Shown here: positions 27,252-37,106 of the stretch, piece after piece
How the letters are laid out: the number at the start of each line of letters is the position of its first letter
Position numbering within the stretch: position 1 is the stretch's first letter
Source of the DNA: an uncultured Candidatus Saccharibacteria bacterium
GTDB lineage: Bacteria > Patescibacteriota > Minisyncoccia > Phycocordibacterales > Phycocordibacteraceae
DNA: 64,000 nt
NCBI GenBank assembly: GCA_964357395.1
Contig: CAYHLC010000001.1
Span: 119,599-183,598 of the forward strand
Direction: 5' to 3'
Made by a program: the position numbers and the translations under genes
Notes under the pieces: model-generated
Told to the model about the DNA's origin: nothing
Seen by the model: the letters and a program-made list of their open reading frames with translations, nothing else
Databases searched by the model: none

Positions 27252-29657
27252 ATGGATTTATCGCTCCTAAAGGTCAAGATAAAACAACTAATCGGAAAGG
27301 TCGGAACGATTCTTAAACTCAATGCCTTAAATAACAACAGGCTTGATATAGAGATAACAAAGGAAAAGATTGAGGCAAAGATAGAGGCTGACTCTATTAT
27401 TGGACAAATCGGCCAGCTTAATCAGACCCACACAGAAATTGGGAGTATTAGTGTGGTTTTACAGGGCGATCAGTTACCTGAAGATATTAAGCAGTTGCTT
27501 GGCGTTGCACAACCCGAAGCTCCACTTCTTCCGGCCTCTCCTGAATCAACAGGCGGTGACGTTCCAGTTCCAGGTAACGCAAGAGCAAAGAAGCTTAAGG
27601 TCTTGCTAGAGAATTTCGTTAGCGAGCATAATGAAGACCAAACCTTTCTTCTTGGAGTTGGACAACTCCTATTTTTTTACAGGCATCGCTCAAACATAGA
27701 TTTTTCTGAAGCAGAACTTATTTTGTTGCTTCGCTCTTCGCTCAAGCACGGCTTTCCTTTTTGGTACTGGTCGTTTCTTTATCGTGAAAAATTCAGTAAT
27801 GTAATTCCTCTAATAAAAGAGAGCTACAAAACGAATGACGTAAAGATCCGTATCGAACTAGTTCGTGTTCTAACAAGATTTACTGAAACTGCTGAGGAGC
27901 TATGTGCTCTTGCGGAAACAGAAAAGAATGAAGAGATTCTTGGCGCTATGGTTGCCGCATTGTTTGAGGGGAAAAACGAAGACCACGCGCAACGTGTTAT
28001 TTCCAATGCAATCTCCCGTCGGTTAGTACCTAGGGTTGAGCTCGATCGGATTAAGCTGCTTAGTGCGGAACTGGGCGCGAGTGAAAAAAGATTTCTAAGA
28101 CAGATTGTTATTGACGGATGGCCTGAGGAAAAAGTATTTGCGTTGAATTTGCTTAGCGTCTCTCCTTCGCCCGATGACCTTCATGTGATTGAAAATGTAA
28201 TTGATAATTTGCGATATCCGAAAGCTGTAGTTAGTGCACTACATTGTGTTTCTCGCATTGGCAGAACAGGCAAAATTGAAGTGATTAAAAAGCTGATAGA
28301 TGAGACAAGATCTGAAGAGATATTCATGCAGGCTTTGGAGGTACTTGCTCTACTTAAGGAAAAGAGCGCGTTCCCAGCCCTTTTTGACTTAGTAAAAAAA
28401 CCGGAAAGCGTTCATTGGCGGCTGACTGATTTAAATACTTGGACCTACGGCAGGAAGCTTGATGAAGCGGCCGTAGGCACATTTGATAAAAGTCATTACG
28501 AGTTGGTTGTAAAGGAGATTCTTTCAAAAAAGATTTGGGATGAAAACTGGGGCCTCTATGCATGGAGACCCCTGCACTTCCTTAAGTCTATAGAAGACCC
28601 CGAGGTGCGCTCTTTAATAGAGGTCGAAACCCGATTAAACGAAATGCCAGAATGGCGCGAAGTAGTTGAGGGTAGTAGGGGGGATCGAGAGATTGAGATA
28701 AGTGACGCTTCATCCTTGGTGGCTAAAGTTGGTACTTCAGATTTCGCTTTATCTGAACGATCCTTTAAGGCTTTATGGAAGCTCATTCCTTCATCAGAGG
28801 CTTTGGATTACCAAGAATATATTGAGAACTTGAGGATGGACCTGGCTGAAAGGTTAGTCGAGATTCGTAAGGATGAAACACTGCCACCTGAACAAAAAAA
28901 CTTATTGAAGAATGACTTGGACTACTTCCTTGGAGATAACACGCTTGCTTTTGGAGACCTGAGAACTGCTGGAAGTGTCTCACGTGGCAAAAAAAGGGAT
29001 GATGAAAAGAGTAAATTGGATAGACTGATAGAAGATATAAGTAAATTTGATTCTATTGAGAGCAGCTTCGTGGCTTTTGTTCTGACAAGCCAGAATCAGA
29101 GAACGTATGATTTCTTGATCACTCAGATCGGAAGACCTTTCGAGAAATTGTATTCCACTCTATCTGCGAAGTGGGGTGAGGTAGATAAGACACAGCTTAA
29201 ACCATTACTTGATAGCATAGTGAACAACAACCCCAACATCCTCATTAAATTGCGAGCTATTGAAGCGGGTTTAAGAATCGGAATATTTGACCGAGAGGAA
29301 GCACGGCTTACGGTTTTGGATGCACTTATGCCTGTTCGAGAGAAGCTCAAAAAGGAAGGTCGCGTGAATGAGAATAGCTTTATAACGCAGATTGCCTACA
29401 ACTCATGCATAAATACTTTGGCGGAAATTGGAAATCCAAATGATCTGCACTTCATTGAAGAGTCAGCTAACAGAGAACTAATAGTCTTTAGGAGCTACGC
29501 AAACTTTTCTGATATTCATAGCATTGAGGCGATTGAAAAGCTTCTAAATGTAATAGAGCTCACTACAGATGAAAAGGACATAAAATACGCACGTTTGGCC
29601 CTTGATAGTCTTGATTACAGATGGTCAGCAAAGGTGCTGGGGTTTGAGGCAAGTTAG
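27252..29657 (+). CDS. 801-aa helical (HEAT/ARM-like) hypothetical protein, AT-rich
   Basis: Repeated amphipathic helix pairs (VVSALHCVSRIG, MQALEVLALL, LRAIEAGLRIG, INTLAEIGN); composition differs from flanks. Confidence 0.75.
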   Translation: MDLSLLKVKIKQLIGKVGTILKLNALNNNRLDIEITKEKIEAKIEADSIIGQIGQLNQTHTEIGSISVVLQGDQLPEDIKQLLGVAQPEAPLLPASPESTGGDVPVPGNARAKKLKVLLENFVSEHNEDQTFLLGVGQLLFFYRHRSNIDFSEAELILLLRSSLKHGFPFWYWSFLYREKFSNVIPLIKESYKTNDVKIRIELVRVLTRFTETAEELCALAETEKNEEILGAMVAALFEGKNEDHAQRVISNAISRRLVPRVELDRIKLLSAELGASEKRFLRQIVIDGWPEEKVFALNLLSVSPSPDDLHVIENVIDNLRYPKAVVSALHCVSRIGRTGKIEVIKKLIDETRSEEIFMQALEVLALLKEKSAFPALFDLVKKPESVHWRLTDLNTWTYGRKLDEAAVGTFDKSHYELVVKEILSKKIWDENWGLYAWRPLHFLKSIEDPEVRSLIEVETRLNEMPEWREVVEGSRGDREIEISDASSLVAKVGTSDFALSERSFKALWKLIPSSEALDYQEYIENLRMDLAERLVEIRKDETLPPEQKNLLKNDLDYFLGDNTLAFGDLRTAGSVSRGKKRDDEKSKLDRLIEDISKFDSIESSFVAFVLTSQNQRTYDFLITQIGRPFEKLYSTLSAKWGEVDKTQLKPLLDSIVNNNPNILIKLRAIEAGLRIGIFDREEARLTVLDALMPVREKLKKEGRVNENSFITQIAYNSCINTLAEIGNPNDLHFIEESANRELIVFRSYANFSDIHSIEAIEKLLNVIELTTDEKDIKYARLALDSLDYRWSAKVLGFEAS

Positions 29658-29686
29658 TGGGGAATGGTGTCAGATACTATGTGTAA

Positions 29687-29980
29687 ATGAGAAGAGAGTT
29701 TCGCTTCAGTGCGAAGGTACAGGTATATCCAGGCCCGGGAGGGTGGAGGGTGGTGGCTTTGCCAAAGCTTGCGTCGGTGCGGATAGGGGCGCGGCGGGGG
29801 AGGAGGAAGAAGAGTTGGAACTTCTTTAATGTATCCACCACCATCGGCAAGACGACATGGACTAGCAGCCTCTGGCCGAAGCAGAAGGAGGGCGTGTATC
29901 TCATCGTCATCAAGAAGCCCGTACTAAAGAAGGAGGGGATTATGGACGGCGACAAGGTCAGCGTAACGATCACCTACTAG
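29687..29980 (+). CDS. DUF1905 family protein
   Basis: F.AKV..YPGPGGW..V.LP, TIGKTTWTSSLWP, IKKPVLKKEGI..GD.V. Confidence 0.8.
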   Translation: MRREFRFSAKVQVYPGPGGWRVVALPKLASVRIGARRGRRKKSWNFFNVSTTIGKTTWTSSLWPKQKEGVYLIVIKKPVLKKEGIMDGDKVSVTITY

Positions 29981-30000
29981 CCGTTTGCTACACTGATAGT

Positions 30001-30162
30001 ATGGACAAAATAAAGATAGAGAATCATACGTTCGGCTTCGGAATCTGGGTTATCGGATGGCTCTTTACTATCGGATACCTCAAGCTCGCATTTTGGAACG
30101 GAGTACTCGCAGTTATCGTCTGGCCGTACTTCCTCGGCGTCTCGTTTAGTTCGGTACTGTGA
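30001..30162 (+). CDS. 53-aa two-TM microprotein
   Basis: MDKIKIENHTFGFGIWVIGWLFTIGYLKLAFWNGVLAVIVWPYFLGVSFSSVL; TACACT 6 nt before ATG; GTGA overlap with next gene. Confidence 0.75.
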   Translation: MDKIKIENHTFGFGIWVIGWLFTIGYLKLAFWNGVLAVIVWPYFLGVSFSSVL

Positions 30163-30866
30163 AGCTGCTACTCACATCCAGCGGATTCATTGGGAGCACC
30201 TTGGAAAAGGACTTTTGGGAGCTCGTCGGCGACCGCAAGAACCTAAAGGTGGCAATCATTCCTAATGCTACCGATCCTATTGAGTGGGTTGCCGAAAAGG
30301 AGGGCGACCCGGTAAGTGCATATGTAGCGAGGCTGACACGCGGAAATGATGTGAACTATGGAAAAGGGAAGGACTATGACTACTTCAAAAGCAAAGGCTG
30401 CGAGGTGGTCATTGTCGACCTGAAGGAGGATTCCGCAGAGGTGAGGAGAAAGCTCGAGAGTGTCGACATAATCGATGTGTGGGGAGGCGACGGTAACTGG
30501 CTACTCGATTGGGCAAAGAACGCGAAGTTGGACACGTACCTCAAAGAGATATTGGACAAGGGTGTGGTGTATGTCGGCGCGAGCGCGGGGAGTTGTCTAC
30601 TCACGCCAGACATTGGCCTCGGTTGGTGGACTCCGGAATGGAAATCGGATCATATAGGACTAGGAGTCGTTGATTTTACAATCGCCCCTCATCAAAAGGA
30701 AAGTGAGCTGGCAGAGAAAGTGCAAAAATATACCGAGCAGAGAAAGCAACTGCAGACAATAATCGATTTTCCTTGGAAGATATATCTACTCCAGGACGAC
30801 CAAGCGATTAAGGTTGATGGCGATACAGTTGAGCATATTGGGGAAGGGGAACGAAGGTCGATCTAA
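30159..30866 (+). CDS. Peptidase S51 / type 1 glutamine amidotransferase-like protein
   Basis: LLLTSSG, VWGGDG, YVGASAGS, GLGVVDF.IAPH. Confidence 0.85.
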   Translation: MKLLLTSSGFIGSTLEKDFWELVGDRKNLKVAIIPNATDPIEWVAEKEGDPVSAYVARLTRGNDVNYGKGKDYDYFKSKGCEVVIVDLKEDSAEVRRKLESVDIIDVWGGDGNWLLDWAKNAKLDTYLKEILDKGVVYVGASAGSCLLTPDIGLGWWTPEWKSDHIGLGVVDFTIAPHQKESELAEKVQKYTEQRKQLQTIIDFPWKIYLLQDDQAIKVDGDTVEHIGEGERRSI

Positions 30867-30904
30867 GCTGAAGTAGCAGCTGCGAGCGATGATAGGATGT
30901 ACTC

Positions 30905-32938
30905 ATGATCAGTCAGCAGCTCTTGGAGCATGCACGCGAGCAACTCGCCGCTGGCGTGTCGCCCGAAGCGCTCGAGCAAGAGCTACTGAAGCATGGTTGG
31001 GCAGCAGATGGTGTTAAGGAGGCAATCACGGCTGCGTCGAACTCGACGATCATAACTCCGCGTATCACGCCACTCCCGGCGCACGCTGCGGTGCCTCAGA
31101 TGCCCGCAATGACGGGTGGGCGGGGTGGCGAGTGGATGCTACTTACCGGCATTGCGGTAGGAATTGGCGCGCTTATGTATTGGGGCCTCAGTATGGTCGT
31201 ACCGCCGGAGCTATCGCTCTTTACGCTATTCGAGCCAGAGGCACAGGGTATGTGGTTTTACTTCCTTATCCCGGGTGTTGTTATTGGCCTACTTGCGCTC
31301 GGCGCGAGCTCCGTGTGGGGTGTGCGAGTCATCTGGGCTGAGGGTAAGCCGATACACGGGTTCCTGCTCGGAGTGTCGGTGTACCTCCTGCTCCTCTTTG
31401 GAATAGTAGAGGCAGCGCAATACGCCGCAGCGCAGTATGCAAACACACTTCCTGAAGACGGACCTTTTGTTGTTGGACTCATGTTCTCTAGCTCGTTTCT
31501 GTACTCGGCGCAGATCTTTTATGGCCTCCTCGTCATACTGATGCTGGTGCTGATTGTTGCCTCGCGTCGAAGGCAGCGCGAGCCGCTAAAAAAGCGCGCG
31601 CCGTGGGTGGTGTATGCACGCGGAGCTATTATCGCTGCTGGTGTAGTACTAACGCTGTACGTGTTCGGTGCAGCAGCGCCGGTAGCTCTCATAACTGGAG
31701 AGCAGTGGGTGTGCAATGCCGTGTACCCAAAGCAGATTAAGACGAGGTGCTTCCTAACCAACACTGCAACCCTAAGCGAGACCTCTGCACCATCTGGCGA
31801 ATTTGTTATCGAGAAGAGTGGCTACGCAGAGATCAAGGACCTGCACGATATTGGAGGCAAGCTGGCATACGCGTTCGAGAACGATGACGGAACGTCCGGC
31901 GTTGTGTACGACGGCAAGGTGGTGAGTGGCGCGTATAGCAAAGTAGGAATACTGCCTATCGAGGACCTGGGCGGCAAGCTGGCATACGAAGCGATAAAAG
32001 GCGATAAGACGATAATAGTCTACGACGGCGACGAGTACGGACTGGAGTACGACAGAGCACATAGCCCTACCCTAGTTGGAGGCAAGCTGGCGTTCCTCGC
32101 GCAGAAGGGGACAGTGCGCCCCGACATTAAGCAGGTAGTGGTGTGGGACGGCAAGGAGTATGGCACCGAGTACGCGGGCACAGGCAACATTATGGATATC
32201 GACGGCCAGCTGGGATATCAGGGGGGTACGCTCAATAATCAGTATCTTGTTGTAGGAGATACGAAGTACGGACCGTACCAGTTCATCAGCTGGACCAAGT
32301 ACGAGGGTGGGCACACAGTGTCGAAGGTGAGGAAGAACGATGAGCAGCTGTACCTCGTCGACGGAGTGGAGATAGGCAATACGGACTACGACTACCTCAC
32401 CGACATGTACGCATTTGTTGATGGCAAGTTTGCGTTCGCTGGGGCAAGGAACAAAGAGCTGTTTGTTGTGTACGACGGCAAGGAGGTAGGAGTCGGAAGC
32501 GGGTCATCAGAGGTCGGGCCATTCCGCATTAACAACAAGCTCGCATACATCGACGTAAATGTCGACGGGACAGCGCAGCTCTTCGTCGACGGCGTCGCGA
32601 CGGGGCCGGTCTTCGAGGACCGAGTTAACAATGTTGCCGTTTCAGAGCAGGGCAAGGTGGCAATACAAACAGAGAGCGAGACCAAGGAGATGGCGGTGTA
32701 TATCGATGGCAAGGAGGTGTACCGCGGCAAGGGCGGCAACCCGTTCGGCTTCTTCGGCGAGCGGCTGTTGGTGTGGGTCAAGGAGGACGGGCTCGACGGA
32801 CTTTGGATCGACGGCAAGGTGGTTGGTAAGGGCTTCTTCGGCTTTAGTTATATCGAACTCGTGAATGGGAGGTTCGTCATAGTGGGGAGTGTCCGCGTGG
32901 GTGACAAGATAGAGAGGTCGCTCCTTATAGAGCAATAA
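30905..32938 (+). CDS. Membrane protein with C-terminal array of about 40-aa beta repeats
   Basis: Short helical N-domain, several TMs, repeats of GGKLA(Y/F)...VVYDGKE.G. Confidence 0.8.
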   Translation: MISQQLLEHAREQLAAGVSPEALEQELLKHGWAADGVKEAITAASNSTIITPRITPLPAHAAVPQMPAMTGGRGGEWMLLTGIAVGIGALMYWGLSMVVPPELSLFTLFEPEAQGMWFYFLIPGVVIGLLALGASSVWGVRVIWAEGKPIHGFLLGVSVYLLLLFGIVEAAQYAAAQYANTLPEDGPFVVGLMFSSSFLYSAQIFYGLLVILMLVLIVASRRRQREPLKKRAPWVVYARGAIIAAGVVLTLYVFGAAAPVALITGEQWVCNAVYPKQIKTRCFLTNTATLSETSAPSGEFVIEKSGYAEIKDLHDIGGKLAYAFENDDGTSGVVYDGKVVSGAYSKVGILPIEDLGGKLAYEAIKGDKTIIVYDGDEYGLEYDRAHSPTLVGGKLAFLAQKGTVRPDIKQVVVWDGKEYGTEYAGTGNIMDIDGQLGYQGGTLNNQYLVVGDTKYGPYQFISWTKYEGGHTVSKVRKNDEQLYLVDGVEIGNTDYDYLTDMYAFVDGKFAFAGARNKELFVVYDGKEVGVGSGSSEVGPFRINNKLAYIDVNVDGTAQLFVDGVATGPVFEDRVNNVAVSEQGKVAIQTESETKEMAVYIDGKEVYRGKGGNPFGFFGERLLVWVKEDGLDGLWIDGKVVGKGFFGFSYIELVNGRFVIVGSVRVGDKIERSLLIEQ

Positions 32939-32984
32939 CCGCTTCATTGACGGAACATCTGAAGTTGGTAGTATGTCCAATAAT

Positions 32985-33155
32985 ATGGCTTGGACGATGC
33001 ATGAAGGTGTGCTCCACGGGCCCCACCAGGAGGCAAATCTTGTGTACGAGCTATGGTGCATGGCGGACTGTGGCTATACAGCCGCAGATGGCCCCGAGCC
33101 GGACGAGTGCCCGCGCTGTGGCGAGGGCGACGTGGTGCGTCGTGTTAAGCAGTAG
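32985..33155 (+). CDS. 56-aa zinc-ribbon/rubredoxin-like microprotein
   Basis: WCMADCGY...ECPRCG; TTGACG-16-TAGTAT promoter. Confidence 0.7.
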   Translation: MAWTMHEGVLHGPHQEANLVYELWCMADCGYTAADGPEPDECPRCGEGDVVRRVKQ

Positions 33156-33197
33156 TCCTGTCATGGCAGGCCTTTGCGAGCGTCCTAAAGATAGGAC

Positions 33198-33971
33198 ATG
33201 AAAGCGCTTTCCATTGTTGGCGGAATAGCACTACTCCTCTTTATTGCGGGAGTCTTGGCATACACAGTGTCGGATCCGAACACTGGTGGGCCGGTATCAA
33301 ACACAGATGATGCGGCTATTCGCAAAGTCGTAATGGAGTTCGGACTGAAGATGAAAGAGGTATCACTGCTTGCTACAACTGCTGATCGCGAGGCAGCAAT
33401 GATGGAGCATTATGGCCTGTACGTCACACCGGAGTTGAGGCTGGCATGGGCACCGGAGGGAGCTGAGGCGCTCGGTAGGTACACATCGAGCCCGTGGCCC
33501 GACAGCATCAACATTGTCGAGGTACGTCAGCAGGGCGATGGGTATAGGGTCGAAGGCAATGTGCTGGAGGTCGCTAACTCGGCCGAAGGCAGTGAGCCCG
33601 AGCCTGTGGCCACGTATCCGGTGAGCCTCCGGATGGAGAAGCGGGGCGAGGCATGGATGATTGCAGAGGCTATTAAGGGCGCGTACAGCGAGCTCCCGCA
33701 CCGGCAAGTAGTAATCGGCTTTTGGGAGTGCCTGCCGAGCGGGGATACGAGCGGGCCGCAGACGCTGGAGTGCGCGCTCGGAATTGCTATCGATCAGTCG
33801 GACGGACATATGGCCATTGATACCTCGCTCATGTCTACATACCCAGCAGACTTTCCGACTGGAACCAAGGTGCGGGTGAGTGGCGTAGTGACCCCTGCTA
33901 ATCAGCTGAGTAGCGAGCAGAAGTACGACATCGACGGCATCATCCGCGCCACGACGATTGAGAAGATCTAG
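33198..33971 (+). CDS. Secreted/anchored hypothetical protein
   Basis: Signal/TM, WAPE...GRYTSSPWPD region, C-terminal ECLP...TLECALG module. Confidence 0.75.
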   Translation: MKALSIVGGIALLLFIAGVLAYTVSDPNTGGPVSNTDDAAIRKVVMEFGLKMKEVSLLATTADREAAMMEHYGLYVTPELRLAWAPEGAEALGRYTSSPWPDSINIVEVRQQGDGYRVEGNVLEVANSAEGSEPEPVATYPVSLRMEKRGEAWMIAEAIKGAYSELPHRQVVIGFWECLPSGDTSGPQTLECALGIAIDQSDGHMAIDTSLMSTYPADFPTGTKVRVSGVVTPANQLSSEQKYDIDGIIRATTIEKI

Positions 33972-34009
33972 CTCATGACGCCACTGGCGGTTTGATACAC
34001 TGTAGGGGT

Positions 34010-34435
34010 ATGGAAATAAACTATATCGCCATAGTGGTTGCGGCAGTAGCGCAATTTATTGTAGGAGGGATCTGGTACATGCCACTTTTTGGCAAGATGT
34101 GGGGAGAGATGCACGGGTTTGATAAGGTCGCGCCCGAAGTACAAAAGCAGATGAGCAAGGACATGATGCCACTCCTTGTGGTGCAGGCATTCTTGGCACT
34201 CGTGACGAGCGCAGTCTTTGGCATCCTCGTTGCGTACATGACACTTCCGCAGGACTGGACCCTATGGTGCCTCGCAGCACTTTATTGGCTCGGCTTTGCG
34301 GCTCCATCCCAAGTCAGCTTAGTTATCTTTGGTGGCACAGAGCCGAAGTGGGTGGTTAAGAAGACGTTGATCGCAATCGGAGGCTCGCTGCTCTGCTTCC
34401 TCGCGATGGCAGCAGTCTTCGTACTCCTTGGCTAA
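34010..34435 (+). CDS. DUF1761 family membrane protein
   Basis: INYIAIVVAAVAQFIVGGIWY.PLFGK.W. Confidence 0.85.
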   Translation: MEINYIAIVVAAVAQFIVGGIWYMPLFGKMWGEMHGFDKVAPEVQKQMSKDMMPLLVVQAFLALVTSAVFGILVAYMTLPQDWTLWCLAALYWLGFAAPSQVSLVIFGGTEPKWVVKKTLIAIGGSLLCFLAMAAVFVLLG

Positions 34436-35094
34436 TGGGTCTGCGGTGCCGAAGGAGGCAATACTGAGTGCGATTTGATCAGGTCGAATAGGTACACACC
34501 GCTTGCTAGGAAGAGCAGTGCGGTATGCACGGCCATCCCGCCAGCAAAAGATGACTCGAAGTAGAGGATCGGGAGTGACGCAAGATTGCCAATTATCGCT
34601 AGGCTTCCGGCCACTATTAGGAACGAGGGGAGCAGTAGTGCAGTAGCTAAAGGCATGCGAGCGCCCCAAACAAGCAATCCACATGCAGCAGTGCTACACA
34701 GAAAGCTGAGGAGCGTTACTGGCGAGGATGTGAGCGGGACCCACCGCCATGCATCCGTAGTGGGGAGTGATGGTATCAGTCCAAAATAGTATGCGATCTC
34801 AGAAGACATTCCCGCAAGGATTGAGCCTACAATTAATATTGCCGATAGTGCGCTAATAGCCCAGAACCATATGCGTATACTGCCGGATGTTTTATGTGTT
34901 GTTACAGCAATTTTGGCTAGCAATAGTGTTGCGCCACTAAGTATAAAGAGTATTGCGGTAGGAAGTTTCATGCTCGTCTCGAGGGGGCCAAAGTGGGTGA
35001 CGGTCGGCATGTACCAGATCCAACTAATAGCAACCAGTAGTCCTACCGCGCTTACCATCCAAGGCACGGTTGCGAGGAATCTAACGTGGTTCAT
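34432..35094 (-). CDS. Standalone multi-TM protein resembling membrane input domain of sensor kinases
   Basis: MKLPTAILFILSG, SPVTLLSF, GMAVHTALLF pseudo-repeats; no cytoplasmic output domain. Confidence 0.65.
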   Translation of the reverse strand: MNHVRFLATVPWMVSAVGLLVAISWIWYMPTVTHFGPLETSMKLPTAILFILSGATLLLAKIAVTTHKTSGSIRIWFWAISALSAILIVGSILAGMSSEIAYYFGLIPSLPTTDAWRWVPLTSSPVTLLSFLCSTAACGLLVWGARMPLATALLLPSFLIVAGSLAIIGNLASLPILYFESSFAGGMAVHTALLFLASGVYLFDLIKSHSVLPPSAPQTH

Positions 35095-35140
35095 ATATGC
35101 TCAGTATAGCGTGGCTTGAAAATTTGATACCCTGGCCTGT

Positions 35141-35743
35141 ATGAGTCCCGCGCTACTCAAGAAGGCGATACTGCACCTAAGGAAGGACGTGCGCCTGAAG
35201 GGTATCGAGGCGCACCGGCCCGAGTTCACCCGGTCACGCGATCCGTTTGAGGCGCTCTGTCGCGCTATCGTGGGGCAGCAGCTCTCAGTCAAGGCCGCGG
35301 CGACTATCTACGCGCGCTTCGGTACCATATATGGTACTGCGCCAACGCCGCGAGCAGTCAGCAAAACACCAATTGCAAAACTGCGAGCAGCTGGACTCTC
35401 GGGGCAAAAAGCGTCCTACGTCCAGGACCTGGCACGGAAGTTCCTAGACTGCACCATAGAGCCAAGCAAGTTTGGCAAGATGACTGACGAGGAGATACGC
35501 GCGCACCTAGTTGCGGTAAAGGGGATAGGACGCTGGACCGCAGACATGTTCCTCATGTTTACCCTCCACAGGCCGGACGTGCTGCCAACAGGGGACCTCG
35601 GCATACAAAAGGGGATGCAAAAGGTCTTTAAGCTTAAGAAGCTCCCAAGCCCTGACCAGATGCAGAAGCTGGCCGCCCCATGGGCCCCGCACCGCTCCGT
35701 TGCCTGCTATTACCTATGGCACCTGCTTGACAAACAAGCATAA
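35141..35743 (+). CDS. DNA-3-methyladenine glycosylase II (AlkA-like, HhH-GPD)
   Basis: IVGQQLSVKAA, VKGIGRWTA, DVLPTGDLG, WAPHRSVA. Confidence 0.92.
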   Translation: MSPALLKKAILHLRKDVRLKGIEAHRPEFTRSRDPFEALCRAIVGQQLSVKAAATIYARFGTIYGTAPTPRAVSKTPIAKLRAAGLSGQKASYVQDLARKFLDCTIEPSKFGKMTDEEIRAHLVAVKGIGRWTADMFLMFTLHRPDVLPTGDLGIQKGMQKVFKLKKLPSPDQMQKLAAPWAPHRSVACYYLWHLLDKQA

Positions 35744-35788
35744 TATGATAGTGTAACCACTGCGTAATTAGCAAAGTAAGATGTACAT

Positions 35789-35974
35789 ATGAGCGACGAA
35801 AGTTTGAATAGGTGGTTCAGGTTCCCAAGGGTTGGTGCATGGGCCGTAGGTGGTGTTGCACTTGGTGTAGTAGCAAATTACCTTTTTGAGGTAGAGGGCA
35901 TCCTACTACCAATCATTGGCGGCGCAGTTGGATTAGTTAAGGGAGTAGCGGACGAGCAGGGGCGCAACCTTTAG
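35789..35974 (+). CDS. Small Gly-rich two-TM protein
   Basis: 61 aa; TAAGAT 6 nt before ATG; terminator at 35990-36012. Confidence 0.65.
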   Translation: MSDESLNRWFRFPRVGAWAVGGVALGVVANYLFEVEGILLPIIGGAVGLVKGVADEQGRNL

Positions 35975-36032
35975 CATAAGAAGAGCAGGAAGGGCCCGAA
36001 AGGGCCTTTTTTGTATGTGATACATTGCGGGC

Positions 36033-36578
36033 ATGAAGCTATATAGGTTTAGCCCGATCGCCGACAAGGCGCAGCTACTAGAGGCTATAAAGGCAGCCCA
36101 CCTTGGGTGCTTCCGCCTCTGCAAGCAATCCCTCGGGCACTACCTGCCTATAGCGGGGAACATGGGCATCTTTTGCCACTACGACGAGGAGTATGAGCGA
36201 TTGATTGCTATCCGCAAGGAGATGGCAGAGACTTCTAACAACTTCAACCAAAAGTACTTCAAGCTCCACGAGCCGATAGTCATTCCTGCTGAGGGCGACG
36301 TGCCTGAGACGACATACACGTACCTATATATCCGCAGGCCGGACCCATATCGCGCGCAGATTGGTGACGTCGACTTTGTGCTTAGTGTAGAGGAATATGC
36401 AAAGCTAAAGGAATCGCTCCAGAGCGGCACCAAGATCAAGGGCGCACGAATCTTTGAAAGAGCGGACCTCGACATGGTGGAGTTGCACGACCCAGACATC
36501 GACGCACTAGCATACATCAACGTGCAGTCTATGGCCGAGGCGGTGCGAGTCAAGCTCTCTGACGCGACCAATCTCTAA
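36033..36578 (+). CDS. Hypothetical protein
   Basis: 181-aa ORF, TACATT 6 nt before ATG. Confidence 0.75.
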   Translation: MKLYRFSPIADKAQLLEAIKAAHLGCFRLCKQSLGHYLPIAGNMGIFCHYDEEYERLIAIRKEMAETSNNFNQKYFKLHEPIVIPAEGDVPETTYTYLYIRRPDPYRAQIGDVDFVLSVEEYAKLKESLQSGTKIKGARIFERADLDMVELHDPDIDALAYINVQSMAEAVRVKLSDATNL

Positions 36579-37105
36579 GCTTTCTTATTCCAGCCAAGTT
36601 TATCGAATAGCCAGTCCTTGTACACATTGAAGTGCTGCATCACCTTCTGCTTCACCTCCTTGTAGTTGGTAGGGCCGACCAGGCGACCAGCATAGGCATT
36701 CTTGAACTGGAAGTACGCCACAATGCCTGCGGTGACGTATATAAAGTCCAAGAGGAGTCCGTCGAGTACGTGCCCGCTGATCCAATCGATAGCAAAGATG
36801 GTAGCAGCGAGCCCCGCCCAGCCTATGCCAGAAACAACGCAGCCTGCGCGCTCTAAGGTACCCAGCGTGCGGCCGGATACTACCGCGAGCTCGGGTTTTA
36901 CATCAGAGGGCTGCACACCGCCATGGTGTTGGTGGTGGTCATGCCCCGCGTGAGCTGTGCGCACAACACCCTCGCGTTGACAATCGAGACAGAACCGCGG
37001 AGCACTCTCCGCCTCTATCGGTATAGATATGTCCGCAGAGTGCCCGCGCTCCGAACGGGGCATCTCTTTGTCATTGCCACCGTGCAAGCCCTCGCGATCC
37101 TCCAT
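36575..37105 (-). CDS. Hypothetical membrane protein with CxxC and His-rich segment
   Basis: FCLDC...HAGHDHHQHHGG then two TMs; starts 1 nt after trxB stop. Confidence 0.7.
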   Translation of the reverse strand: MEDREGLHGGNDKEMPRSERGHSADISIPIEAESAPRFCLDCQREGVVRTAHAGHDHHQHHGGVQPSDVKPELAVVSGRTLGTLERAGCVVSGIGWAGLAATIFAIDWISGHVLDGLLLDFIYVTAGIVAYFQFKNAYAGRLVGPTNYKEVKQKVMQHFNVYKDWLFDKLGWNKKA

Positions 37106-37106
37106 G

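Noticed and set aside
27005-27316. ORF spanning tRNA-Glu (or starting at ATG 27095)
   Set aside because: Overlaps the tRNA and the 801-aa gene; no recognisable features, so not counted as a tRNA-abutting gene
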